A DNA stretch of 39,990 nucleotides, from the IMG/VR virus record IMGVR_UViG_641736163_000010. The stretch is one strand, 5' to 3'. Under the pieces are notes generated by a model. It did not search any database, was not told the origin of the DNA, and worked only from the letters and a program-made list of their open reading frames with translations. A program made the position numbers and the translations under genes. Positions 19,472 through 27,649 of this stretch are shown here, piece after piece; the first letter of the stretch is position 1, and each line of letters opens with the position of its first letter. Source of the stretch: a virus (taxonomy: Duplodnaviria > Heunggongvirae > Uroviricota > Caudoviricetes).

Positions 19472-20074
19472 TCATGGCATGGCCATGAGCATTTTCACGT
19501 CCGCATCACCGTCTGCTGACGTCTGTGACACGCCACCCCGCACCGCTGCCGGTGAATGATTCGCCATGAAATGTTCAAACAGGGCGGTTGTGGATGCAGA
19601 GACCGGTTCGGCCTTACCTGATCCCGCAGCCAGCACAGCCCGGGCGTTCTCCACGGTCATTCCCGGGCAGGCCGCCAGTTTTTCAGCCTGCGCTTCTGCC
19701 CCTTTTGCCTCATCCAGGGCCATGATCTGATCACGAAGTGAGGGCCCGGCATTCGCCTGCGGTGAGGCAGCCAGGATCGGGCGGGCTTTTTCCACCGTCA
19801 TCTCCGGCATCGCCGCCAGCGTTGCCGCCAGTTGTTCACGACCGTTCGCTTCTTCACACGCCATAATGCGATCGGCTTCACTCTGCGCGGATGCCACCGG
19901 CTGCTGTGGTGCCGCCGCGGCCAGAATCGCCCGGGCCTGTTCAATGCTCATGCCCTGTTGTCCTGCCAGCATCGTGGCAAGCTGTTCACGTCCTTTCGCT
20001 TCCTGACACGTCAGGATCCCTATCACTCGCTGGTTCTCCTGCGCGGCAGCTTCCGTTGCAGTTAATTGCGGCAT
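19472..20074 (-). CDS. nu3: Scaffold protein Nu3-like (in-frame internal start within C)
   Basis: Internal ATG (MPQLTATEAAAQ...) preceded by AGGAGG; C-terminal region carries three tandem ~35-aa repeats of the lambda Nu3 motif (ILTCQEAKGREQLATMLAG... / IMACEEANGREQLAATLAA... / IMALDEAKGAEAQAEKLAA...). Confidence 0.7.
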   Translation of the reverse strand: MPQLTATEAAAQENQRVIGILTCQEAKGREQLATMLAGQQGMSIEQARAILAAAAPQQPVASAQSEADRIMACEEANGREQLAATLAAMPEMTVEKARPILAASPQANAGPSLRDQIMALDEAKGAEAQAEKLAACPGMTVENARAVLAAGSGKAEPVSASTTALFEHFMANHSPAAVRGGVSQTSADGDADVKMLMAMP

Positions 20075-20977
20075 AGTGCCTCCTGTATCATGAGTGTTCA
20101 GCGCCGCAGCCATCACGCTGATGGCATCCGACGCATTGATTAATTCATCCGCCAGTCCGGCCTTAATAGCGGACTGACCTTCAAAAACGGCAGCCTCTGT
20201 CCCCGTGACAGCTTCCACAGACAGCCCCGTATACATCGCCACTTTTTCGGCAAACATCCGGTGCGCCGCATCAACCCGCTGCTGCATGTCCTGACGCACC
20301 TCTGCCGGTAAGGCTTCAAACTGATTGCCATCCACCTTGTGCGCCCCGGCATAAATCAGCGTGATATCCACCCCGGCCTGCGCCAGATGACCGGCATAGC
20401 TGACATGGCTCATCATCACGCCAATGGAGCCGATACGGGATGTCTGGGTAACCAGCCGTCGGGAGCAGGCCGACGCCAGCAGCATGGCTGCAGAACAGGC
20501 CGTGTCATTGCACAGTGCCCAGACCGGCTTCTGCTGACGGAGGCGGTAAATCATGTCAGCGCAGTCAAACGCGCCGGCGGCCTGCCCGCCCGGACTGTCA
20601 ATGTCCAGCAGTACGCCCCGCACCTGGCTATCTGCCATTGCCTGCTGAAGACAGGCGACAATGCCGTCATAGCCTGTCATTCCGGAAAATGGCCGCATAC
20701 CGCCCAGCCGGTGCACCAGCGTGCCGGTCACCGGCAGTACAGCAATACCGTTCACCACCCGGTAAACACGGGCCGGTCGTTTACCTCCGGCCATGTACTC
20801 GTCCGTTTCAGCCAGCATTCCGGGAGCATCAAGCTGTACCTGTTGTTGTGGTACCGAAAGACTTGCTGCCCCCATCTCGCGCCCGAGCGCGCAAAAGAAA
20901 ACCCGCGCATAGGCGGGCTCCAGAAGCAGCGGTTCATTGAATGCTGCGGCAATAATGTGTGAAAGATTACGTCTCAC
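19472..20977 (-). CDS. C: Capsid assembly protease C (S49/ClpP-like) with C-terminal scaffold region
   Basis: 501 aa; ...NGIAVLPVTGTLV...SGMTGYDGIV...DIDSPGG...GAFDCADMIYRLRQQKPVWAL...RRLVTQTSRIGSIGVMM... collinear with lambda gpC; apparent GTG start overlapping the B stop. Confidence 0.92.
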   Translation of the reverse strand: MRRNLSHIIAAAFNEPLLLEPAYARVFFCALGREMGAASLSVPQQQVQLDAPGMLAETDEYMAGGKRPARVYRVVNGIAVLPVTGTLVHRLGGMRPFSGMTGYDGIVACLQQAMADSQVRGVLLDIDSPGGQAAGAFDCADMIYRLRQQKPVWALCNDTACSAAMLLASACSRRLVTQTSRIGSIGVMMSHVSYAGHLAQAGVDITLIYAGAHKVDGNQFEALPAEVRQDMQQRVDAAHRMFAEKVAMYTGLSVEAVTGTEAAVFEGQSAIKAGLADELINASDAISVMAAALNTHDTGGTMPQLTATEAAAQENQRVIGILTCQEAKGREQLATMLAGQQGMSIEQARAILAAAAPQQPVASAQSEADRIMACEEANGREQLAATLAAMPEMTVEKARPILAASPQANAGPSLRDQIMALDEAKGAEAQAEKLAACPGMTVENARAVLAAGSGKAEPVSASTTALFEHFMANHSPAAVRGGVSQTSADGDADVKMLMAMP

Positions 20978-22559
20978 GTGGTGTTGTCTCCTCTTCCGGC
21001 CTGCGACTCTCCGCTATCTGCTGCTGATACGCCTGCGCTATCCACACCGGACGTGAGAATCCGGCTTTTTCCCGCTCTGCAGATTCCCTGACCTGCTGGC
21101 GGAAAATGTCCTGATAATCCTCGCCCATCAGCGCCAGCTCTTTCTCATACGTGCTCAGTCCGGCCTCAATGCGCATCACTGATTCCTGAACCTCCTTGAG
21201 CCCGTCAATGGCCATTCTTCCGGCTCCAATCCACTCAGCCCGTGACCAGGCTGATCGCGCCTGATAAAAATCAAAACGTGCCCGTGGCGGACGAATAATC
21301 CCCCGAAGAAGTGCCTCTTCCAGCCAGCAGGAAAACATCTGCGTGGCCAGCCGGGACGCAATAAATTTTCGCCGCCCCATAAAATAGCGCCACGACTCAT
21401 TGGCGGATGCGCGGGCACTTGAATAACTGACCTTCGAGTAATCACGGGACAACTGTTCGTAGGAAACGCCAAGACCGGCGGCGATATACCGCAGCAGCGC
21501 CTGTTCAAGCGCCGAAAATCCATTGTCTGAATCCTGCGCGGTCTGAAGTTTCAGATCATCACCGGGGAAAAGGTGCGGAATTTTGACACCGCCCAGCGTC
21601 ACGCTATTCGTGTCATACCAGGTGGAGAACTTATCCAGAATATTAATAAGCGGATTATCCTTCTGCCCCTGCGGCGCACCGGCGATATATTCAAAGGCCT
21701 TTTCGGTATCAAGTTCACTTTCAATCGTCGCTGCATACATCGCCTTCACTATGGCCGACTGAAGCTGTGTTGCCTGCAGGGAATCGAGCATCTTCAGCCG
21801 TTCCATGACGCTGTAAAACTGATTAGCCCCACGGGTCTGCCCGTCCTCCACCGGCTCGAAAATATGCAGCATGGCCGGACGCCCGGTGGGAAGTTCACGC
21901 GGGATCCGTTCCCATCGTCCACTACCAGAGAACGGAAAATCGTCCTCACAAATATGGTACGCGACGGCACGGCCATATCGATCGACCTCCACACCGGCCC
22001 GCAGAAAACGGTTCCCCATACCGTGTCCAGGCGTGTCCACCCGTTTCGGACTCACGGCTTTAAAACGCGTACGGAATAACTGCGTGGTTTCCGTATCCCA
22101 GACCGGCTGCACAAAGATTTCGCCGTTAAACGCATGAACGCCCACACCTTCACGGATAAATTCCGTGAACGTGCGTTTTCCTTCCACGTCGATCTCGCCA
22201 AACATCCCTTCGGCGTATTCCGACCAGGCCGCCTCCACCTCATCGACAAAGCTTTTTGCTGCGGTCTCCCGCATCCCCAGCCAGCGCCAGTTCGGACGGT
22301 AGCTGATCAGAAACATATGCCCGACAATGTGATCCTTATGCAGAGCCACCGCATTAGCCGCTATTCCGTTATTGCGCACCAGATCATCTGCCCGGGCATT
22401 CCCCAGACGCAACGCGGGTAGCAGGGCCGCATCGGCACTCTGCGCCGGTGGCAACCACTCAGCCATTTGCCCGCCAAATCCTGCACCGCCCCCGTTGTAG
22501 CTGAGACTCTCACGAAGCGGAACGCCGTTCACATCAATCAGGACAGGCGTTCGTTTCAT
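20967..22559 (-). CDS. B: Portal protein B
   Basis: 530 aa; collinear with lambda gpB; position between W and C. Confidence 0.95.
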   Translation of the reverse strand: MKRTPVLIDVNGVPLRESLSYNGGGAGFGGQMAEWLPPAQSADAALLPALRLGNARADDLVRNNGIAANAVALHKDHIVGHMFLISYRPNWRWLGMRETAAKSFVDEVEAAWSEYAEGMFGEIDVEGKRTFTEFIREGVGVHAFNGEIFVQPVWDTETTQLFRTRFKAVSPKRVDTPGHGMGNRFLRAGVEVDRYGRAVAYHICEDDFPFSGSGRWERIPRELPTGRPAMLHIFEPVEDGQTRGANQFYSVMERLKMLDSLQATQLQSAIVKAMYAATIESELDTEKAFEYIAGAPQGQKDNPLINILDKFSTWYDTNSVTLGGVKIPHLFPGDDLKLQTAQDSDNGFSALEQALLRYIAAGLGVSYEQLSRDYSKVSYSSARASANESWRYFMGRRKFIASRLATQMFSCWLEEALLRGIIRPPRARFDFYQARSAWSRAEWIGAGRMAIDGLKEVQESVMRIEAGLSTYEKELALMGEDYQDIFRQQVRESAEREKAGFSRPVWIAQAYQQQIAESRRPEEETTPRET

Positions 22560-22762
22560 AACCTCACTCCCAGCGGACGACGGCGACGCCGGGTTGTCCC
22601 CAGTACCGACTCCGCATCATTGATCGCCCGGTTAAGCTCATCCAGAGAAGCCGCCGTATATTCAATTCTGCGACCATCTTTCTGGACAGACACCACCCGT
22701 TTACCGGTTAATAAATCAAGGCGCGCCTGACGCAGCGCCTGCAGTTCAGCGACTGTAACCAT
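22556..22762 (-). CDS. W: Head-tail joining protein W
   Basis: 68 aa, same length as lambda gpW; MVTVAELQALRQARLDLLTGKRVVSVQKDGRRIEYTAASLDELNRAINDAESVL... Confidence 0.93.
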   Translation of the reverse strand: MVTVAELQALRQARLDLLTGKRVVSVQKDGRRIEYTAASLDELNRAINDAESVLGTTRRRRRPLGVRL

Positions 22763-24593
22763 TCACTCCTCCGGACAGCTTCGCTGCCAGTTCTTTAAGG
22801 GTTGGCCGGGTCGTCTCTTCTTCCCGGGATTTTGCCAGTACAGCCAGATCAAGCTGCCAGCGTTGCACGGACACACGTAATGCCGCGTAGGCATACACCA
22901 GGCAGTCCAGCGCTTCGTTACGCCGCTTTTTGTTATCCCACAGCAGACGCATCTTTCCTTTTTCCCACTTCTCCACAAGCTCTTCCGCGACCAGTTGCTG
23001 CGCCTCTGTCTGCGAAAAAATCTCCGGATCATCAGGAAAACGGATGGCATACGACGTGGCTTCATCCGCAGGCGTGGGATCGGCTTTCATACGGGCATAG
23101 AGAATTTCTTTTGCGGTGTCCGTCCCCACTTCACACAGATACACGCCCCGCTGATTGCGGGTTTTTGGCATGGTGATCACCGGCTTGCCATAGACAGATG
23201 CGCCTTTTACCGGCAGCACCCGGAAAACACCGTGTTTTTTTGACCTCTGATAAACGATTTCGCCATCGATCCCCCCGATGTCCCAGCAGACACGGGAAAT
23301 AGTCATTTCGGTTCCGTCTGCATGGCGGTATTTTTTGTTGATCGCCGCATCCACACGTAACAGCGTCTCTTCCTCATCGGGACGCCCCATAATGATGATT
23401 TTATCCACCAGAAAGGCTTCCTCTCCCGGAGCCCATCCCCAGACATACATCTCAAAACGGTTTCGCTGCGAGTCAATGCCCGCCGTCAGATAAACCACCC
23501 GGGCAGGCACCGCCGCCGTGTAACGCACAACCTTATCCATCAGTACCTGGTGATCGAGTTTTTCGCCCACAGCCTCTTCCCAGGTCTCGCCCAGCGTGGT
23601 GTTCACAAAGGTTTTCAGGCCGTTGGGATCTTTCAGTGCATCCAGCCAGTCATAGACAATCTGTACCCAGGTGGTGAACGGACTGTACGCCGTCCAGATA
23701 TGGAAAGTGATGGAGCGCGGCGGCGGAATTTCATTACCCGCAGCGCTGAAAAACGTCAGACCGTCACGGGTCCACATGCCCGTGTTTTCACAGATCCACC
23801 GCCCGTTACTCTGGTCCAGTTCAGACTGATGGATCACGCAGCCATGATGCTCACAGAGGTAGAAAACGCTTTCGGGGCTGTCCTTCTCCCATTTAAGCCC
23901 AAAAGGCGTGGACTCATCGCCAAATTTCAGATACTGCGCCTCCCCACAGTGCGGGCAGGGCACATAAAAACGCATGAAATGCGCCGACTCGTTGGCCGCT
24001 TTTTCGATCTGGCAGGAGCCTTTTATTTTAGGCGTCGAGCCGCGAATGGATTTTGGCCATACCGAGCCCTCAATACGCTTATCCCCCAGCAGGGTTGGCG
24101 AGCCCTCTTTTTCGACATCCGGCTCGAACGAGGAAAGTTCGTCATAGCAGACCACGTCCACGGATTTTTCACGGTAGTTTTTTGCTGCCGCACCACCCAG
24201 GCACCAGAAGCCCACCCCCGATGAAAAGCGTTTCAGCGTGAGAGTATTGTCACGATGTTTACGACCCAGCCACGGGGAAAGATCTTTCAGGCATGGCACG
24301 TCCCGAATCGTCGCCTCCACGTGAGACTTCATAAAATCTTCAGCGGCAGAATCCGTGGGCTGAAAAAGCAGACTGTTTCGGGATTTATGCTCAATAAAAT
24401 ACCCGGCGACTCCCAGCAACATCTTTGTATAGCCAACACGGGCAGATTTAATCAGATTAACAGTGCGGATCTGATCATTCCCCATACTGTTCATGATGGC
24501 GATCTGGAACGGCAGCGTTTTCCATTCGCCGTCACCGTATGAGGATTCTTTCGGCAGATAATAATACTGGTCAGCCCATTCAACTGCCGCCAT
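22746..24593 (-). CDS. A: Terminase large subunit A (main ORF; lacks in-frame N-terminal ~28 codons, see findings)
   Basis: 615 aa starting MAAVEWADQYYYLPKESSYGDGEWKTLPFQ..., collinear with lambda gpA from residue ~30 onward; the lambda-like N-terminus MNISxxQ... is present upstream (start ~24673) in another frame. Confidence 0.9.
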   Translation of the reverse strand: MAAVEWADQYYYLPKESSYGDGEWKTLPFQIAIMNSMGNDQIRTVNLIKSARVGYTKMLLGVAGYFIEHKSRNSLLFQPTDSAAEDFMKSHVEATIRDVPCLKDLSPWLGRKHRDNTLTLKRFSSGVGFWCLGGAAAKNYREKSVDVVCYDELSSFEPDVEKEGSPTLLGDKRIEGSVWPKSIRGSTPKIKGSCQIEKAANESAHFMRFYVPCPHCGEAQYLKFGDESTPFGLKWEKDSPESVFYLCEHHGCVIHQSELDQSNGRWICENTGMWTRDGLTFFSAAGNEIPPPRSITFHIWTAYSPFTTWVQIVYDWLDALKDPNGLKTFVNTTLGETWEEAVGEKLDHQVLMDKVVRYTAAVPARVVYLTAGIDSQRNRFEMYVWGWAPGEEAFLVDKIIIMGRPDEEETLLRVDAAINKKYRHADGTEMTISRVCWDIGGIDGEIVYQRSKKHGVFRVLPVKGASVYGKPVITMPKTRNQRGVYLCEVGTDTAKEILYARMKADPTPADEATSYAIRFPDDPEIFSQTEAQQLVAEELVEKWEKGKMRLLWDNKKRRNEALDCLVYAYAALRVSVQRWQLDLAVLAKSREEETTRPTLKELAAKLSGGVNGYSR

Positions 24594-24644
24594 CGGTACA
24601 ACCTGACCAGAGGCTGCAGCGCAACCGAAACGGCGGCCACCATA

Positions 24645-25163
24645 TTATTCAGTTGTTGCTCTGATATATTCATCCAGCAAATCCGGTAATTTATCCCCTG
24701 CCCGCGCACACTGATTTGCGCCCTTTGCAATAAGGGTTTTCAGATGGTCAATATGACGTGGCGTTAAATCCGGGAACTGTCGCTGCATGGATAACGGAAT
24801 GGAATCAAGCGTACTGGACAATGCCATCGCCAGTTTGCTGAGGGCGAAAACGCAGAAGTCTGAATCGATGAGCTTACCTTCGGTTACCTGATTTTTAAGT
24901 TTTTGAGCTACAGCCTGTTCTTCTGTCAGTTCAGCTCTGGCCCGAAGCAGCCTTTCCTCCAGTTCTCCCCCGTCATCAGGTGTTCTCTGATTGTGTTGTC
25001 GCCGCTCGCGATCTATCTCCAGTACAGTTTTAACGTCATATAAAACTTCCCTCCCCCGACGTTCAACAGGAGGAACGCCCCATTTATCAAATGCTTGAAC
25101 AGAGATACCGATGGAGGAGGCCATATCACTTTTATTCAATAAAAAAGGCCATCTCCTCTCCAT
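24645..25163 (-). CDS. nu1: Terminase small subunit Nu1
   Basis: 172 aa; ...EVLYD... and C-terminal half (...EEQAVAQKLKNQ...DSDFCVFALSKLAMALSSTLDSIPLSMQRQFPDLTPRHIDHLKTLIAKG...) align with lambda gpNu1; sits immediately downstream of cos; exact start uncertain (weak SD). Confidence 0.82.
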   Translation of the reverse strand: MERRWPFLLNKSDMASSIGISVQAFDKWGVPPVERRGREVLYDVKTVLEIDRERRQHNQRTPDDGGELEERLLRARAELTEEQAVAQKLKNQVTEGKLIDSDFCVFALSKLAMALSSTLDSIPLSMQRQFPDLTPRHIDHLKTLIAKGANQCARAGDKLPDLLDEYIRATTE

Positions 25164-25179
25164 AAGTCATCGATAAAAA

Positions 25180-25335
25180 GCGAAACAACAACCATGTGTT
25201 TTTGCAAAACCATTTGATATCATTGACATTTTTCGCATTGGCGACATCAAAACACATCGTAAGGTTGTTGTATTTATTTTATTTTCACCTTACTTATCAA
25301 TTAGATATACCAAACAATTAAACAACAACCACCCC
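25180..25335. promoter_or_regulatory. cosB-like region with three copies of an 8-bp motif (GGTTGTTG/CAACAACC) in alternating orientation, candidate Nu1-binding R sites
   Basis: Motif at ~25186-25193, ~25263-25270 (inverted) and ~25323-25330, between cosN and the Nu1 start, AT-rich spacers. Confidence 0.5.
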
Positions 25336-25354
25336 CTCAAAAAATCTCATAAAT

Positions 25355-25392
25355 AGTGAAAACGCGCGAGGTCGCCGCCCCGTAACGATCTG
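25355..25392 (-). other. cos site (cosN; 12-nt cohesive end GGGCGGCGACCT at ~25369-25380)
   Basis: Minus strand reads CGTTACGGGGCGGCGACCTCGCGCGTTTTCACTATTTATGA, matching the lambda cohesive-end junction CGTTACG|GGGCGGCGACCT|CGCGGGTTTTCGCTATTTATGA almost base for base. Confidence 0.9.
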
Positions 25393-25513
25393 GATCACCG
25401 GAAAGGACCCGCCAACGACTTTCGCGTGCAGGCATTAAAAATTTTGCAGTTCCATGCCTAGTTGAAACCTCGATTTCTATAACATCCAATTTTGTAAATT
25501 TAGATATAGCTCA

Positions 25514-25545
25514 ACTTTTCCCAATGTTTTCAAGTGTATAAAAAC
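25514..25545 (+). promoter_or_regulatory. Candidate promoter for the 355-aa gene (TG-adjacent TATAAA -10-like element ~60 nt upstream of the start)
   Basis: gtgTATAAAaac read from sequence; no good -35; AT-rich leader; AAGGAG Shine-Dalgarno 5 nt before ATG 25604. Confidence 0.3.
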
Positions 25546-25603
25546 AATTGGCGTTACGCCATAACACTATACTTAGGATAAGTAAAGATTTTAAGGAGTT
25601 TTA

Positions 25604-26671
25604 ATGAGTCAACATCAATATTATCCACAGCTGAAATGGAAGCCTGCTGAATATGAATCTCTGATGCTTTTAGATCAAACTACGCTCTCTGGTTTTACTC
25701 CGATCATTACCATTCCAGACATAGACTGGGATTATGAAAACGAATGCTACAAGAAGAGTTTGAGTTCTTACTTATCTGACTTCGGTATTAACCTTGCGGC
25801 ATCCTGGAAAGCCAATCGTCCTGTTTTGCTGGATGTTAAATATTTAGATAAACATGGTTCGAGCCGCCATCATCCTCTAGATATGTGTATCCAAGATGCT
25901 AGAGTAAATGGTAAGGAAATTATCCCTGTTGTTTCTCCCGCATATTCAACAAACTATATACATGCTGTTCAACGCAACTTAATCAATGGGCTCGCTATAT
26001 CTATCACCCCCCAGACATGGCACCAATTCACAAGTCTGGTTAACCACTTAAATATTCATCCTAGTTTAATTGATGTAATCATTGATTTTGGAGATATTCA
26101 AAACGCAACTGATAGTTTAAAACAACAAGCATTAAGCATGGTCAACACATTATCAGGCCAAGCTCCGTGGAGAAACTTGATTTTATCTTCAACCGCATAC
26201 CCGGCATCACAGGCAGGGATACCGCAACATCAAGTTCATCATATTCCGCGCCATGAATACGATCTTTGGATGTACGTAGTACAGAATTTTAGCAATGGAA
26301 GAACGCCAAGTTTTAGTGATTATCCCACCGCTAGCTCTACCATTACGAGCGTAGACCCACGCTTCATGTCTCAGTATGTCTCAGTGAGATATTCGAACGA
26401 TACCTCATGGATCTTTGTAAAAGGTACCGCAGTTAAAGGAAATGGATGGGGCCAAACTAAAAACTTATGTACTACCCTTGTTAGTTCGCCAGAGTATCAA
26501 GTCTTTGGCTCCAAATTTAGTTGGGGGGATGATTACATTTACCAAAGATCATTAGGCGCTAACAAATCTGGCGGCTCTAAAGAATGGCGTAAAGTTGCAC
26601 ATACGCACCATATTACGTTAGTCGTGAGACAGCTTTATTGGTTGGCGCAGACTCAGCCTGCCAAGCCTTAA
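25604..26671 (+). CDS. Hypothetical 355-aa protein of AT-rich moron cassette (possibly Beta-protein/sce7725-like; unverified)
   Basis: Long ORF with strong AAGGAG SD; AT-rich codon usage unlike flanking phage genes; opposite strand to the late operon; N-terminal YYPQLKWKPAEYESL; no catalytic motif I can name. Confidence 0.8.
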   Translation: MSQHQYYPQLKWKPAEYESLMLLDQTTLSGFTPIITIPDIDWDYENECYKKSLSSYLSDFGINLAASWKANRPVLLDVKYLDKHGSSRHHPLDMCIQDARVNGKEIIPVVSPAYSTNYIHAVQRNLINGLAISITPQTWHQFTSLVNHLNIHPSLIDVIIDFGDIQNATDSLKQQALSMVNTLSGQAPWRNLILSSTAYPASQAGIPQHQVHHIPRHEYDLWMYVVQNFSNGRTPSFSDYPTASSTITSVDPRFMSQYVSVRYSNDTSWIFVKGTAVKGNGWGQTKNLCTTLVSSPEYQVFGSKFSWGDDYIYQRSLGANKSGGSKEWRKVAHTHHITLVVRQLYWLAQTQPAKP

Positions 26672-27233
26672 CTTTCCAGCCTACGCGTTTCTTTAAGGCT
26701 GTTCTGACTTCAGGCCTGAGATTCGCTATTGGAATATTTTCCGCAATAATATTCCATAACTCAAATCGGGGCTTGCTTTTGATTCCTTTGGAATAGCCCC
26801 ATCGTTCAAGTACGTCGATACATTCATCTTTCCAAAGCAATTGAGCGAGCATCAATGTGTCATGGTTTCGATTAAGCTTTTCTCCACGCATGTGCTTTAT
26901 AAGAATGGCGCCTTTTGGCCCAACAGAAACCGTTTTAACGCCCCACCAACCTGGGATTAACTTTAATGCTCCCTCAAGGTGTTTCTCAGCTACGACAAGA
27001 GTAACCTTGTCCATTACAGAAGAATAATGCTTGATTTGAAGAGGCAAACGCTCCAAAGAGTCATATTCACTTTTGAGCTCGTACCCGTGTATAACACCAT
27101 TTATTACAGCAATGTCTGCTCTACTGGCGCCAAGGGATATGGAAAATTCATCGACCACAAGGCAGTCTGGATCTAAATGCGATTCTTTCAAAAGCTTATG
27201 ATGCACCGCGAACCTAACATCTTGATCTTTCAT
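26613..27233 (-). CDS. Hypothetical 206-aa protein with PD-(D/E)xK-like nuclease motif (possibly sce7726-like; unverified)
   Basis: AAGGAG SD 5 nt upstream of ATG; consensus TATAAT ~30 nt upstream; sequence ...VVDEFSISLGASRADIAVINGVIHGYELKSEYD... fits D-x(n)-E-x-K spacing of restriction-endonuclease-fold nucleases; 3' end overlaps the 355-aa gene by 59 nt (convergent). Confidence 0.8.
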   Translation of the reverse strand: MKDQDVRFAVHHKLLKESHLDPDCLVVDEFSISLGASRADIAVINGVIHGYELKSEYDSLERLPLQIKHYSSVMDKVTLVVAEKHLEGALKLIPGWWGVKTVSVGPKGAILIKHMRGEKLNRNHDTLMLAQLLWKDECIDVLERWGYSKGIKSKPRFELWNIIAENIPIANLRPEVRTALKKRVGWKVKAWQAESAPTNKAVSRLT

Positions 27234-27580
27234 GACTTCTCCTTACTCCCTCCGTTATTGAATTATAGCGCACTGCATTTTACTGCATTTGAGAGATTTG
27301 ACCACTTCAATCACAAAATGCTTATCTGCAGCAACAAGATTCATAGCCATACGACTATGGTGATTACCTTTTGTCTGGAAAACTGACCATTCCACGAAGA
27401 TCAGATAGGTCTATAGAATCTTGGTTTGTCATAGCGTTCGTCTTACTTTGAGATGAACCTTTGCGGCATAGGAGATCAGCCCGTCAAGGCTCACCAGCAC
27501 TAACTGACTACTCAAAGGCTCATTCCAAAGGGTTTGGTTCGACGTGGTTGAGTGCGCTGCGGTGCGCGGTGAAATACCTG

Positions 27581-27613
27581 TACAAAAATGCCCCGCATCT
27601 GCGAGGCATTTTC
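27581..27613. terminator. Bidirectional terminator-like hairpin between Rz and the moron cassette
   Basis: GC-rich imperfect stem (atgccccgc...gcgaggcat) flanked by A-run upstream and T-run downstream on the plus strand. Confidence 0.45.
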
Positions 27614-27649
27614 CTGAAAGTCACGTATTAAATTTCAGTGAAATTAAAA

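Noticed and set aside
24491-24730. 79-aa ORF as an independent gene
   Set aside because: Its first ~27 residues are the displaced N-terminus of the large terminase; the rest is read-through in the wrong frame of TerL. Treated as part of the TerL frame problem, not a gene.
25223-25228. Perfect TTGACA hexamer on the plus strand inside cosB
   Set aside because: No acceptable -10 element at 16-18 bp spacing; more likely part of the AT-rich IHF/Nu1 binding region of cos than a promoter.
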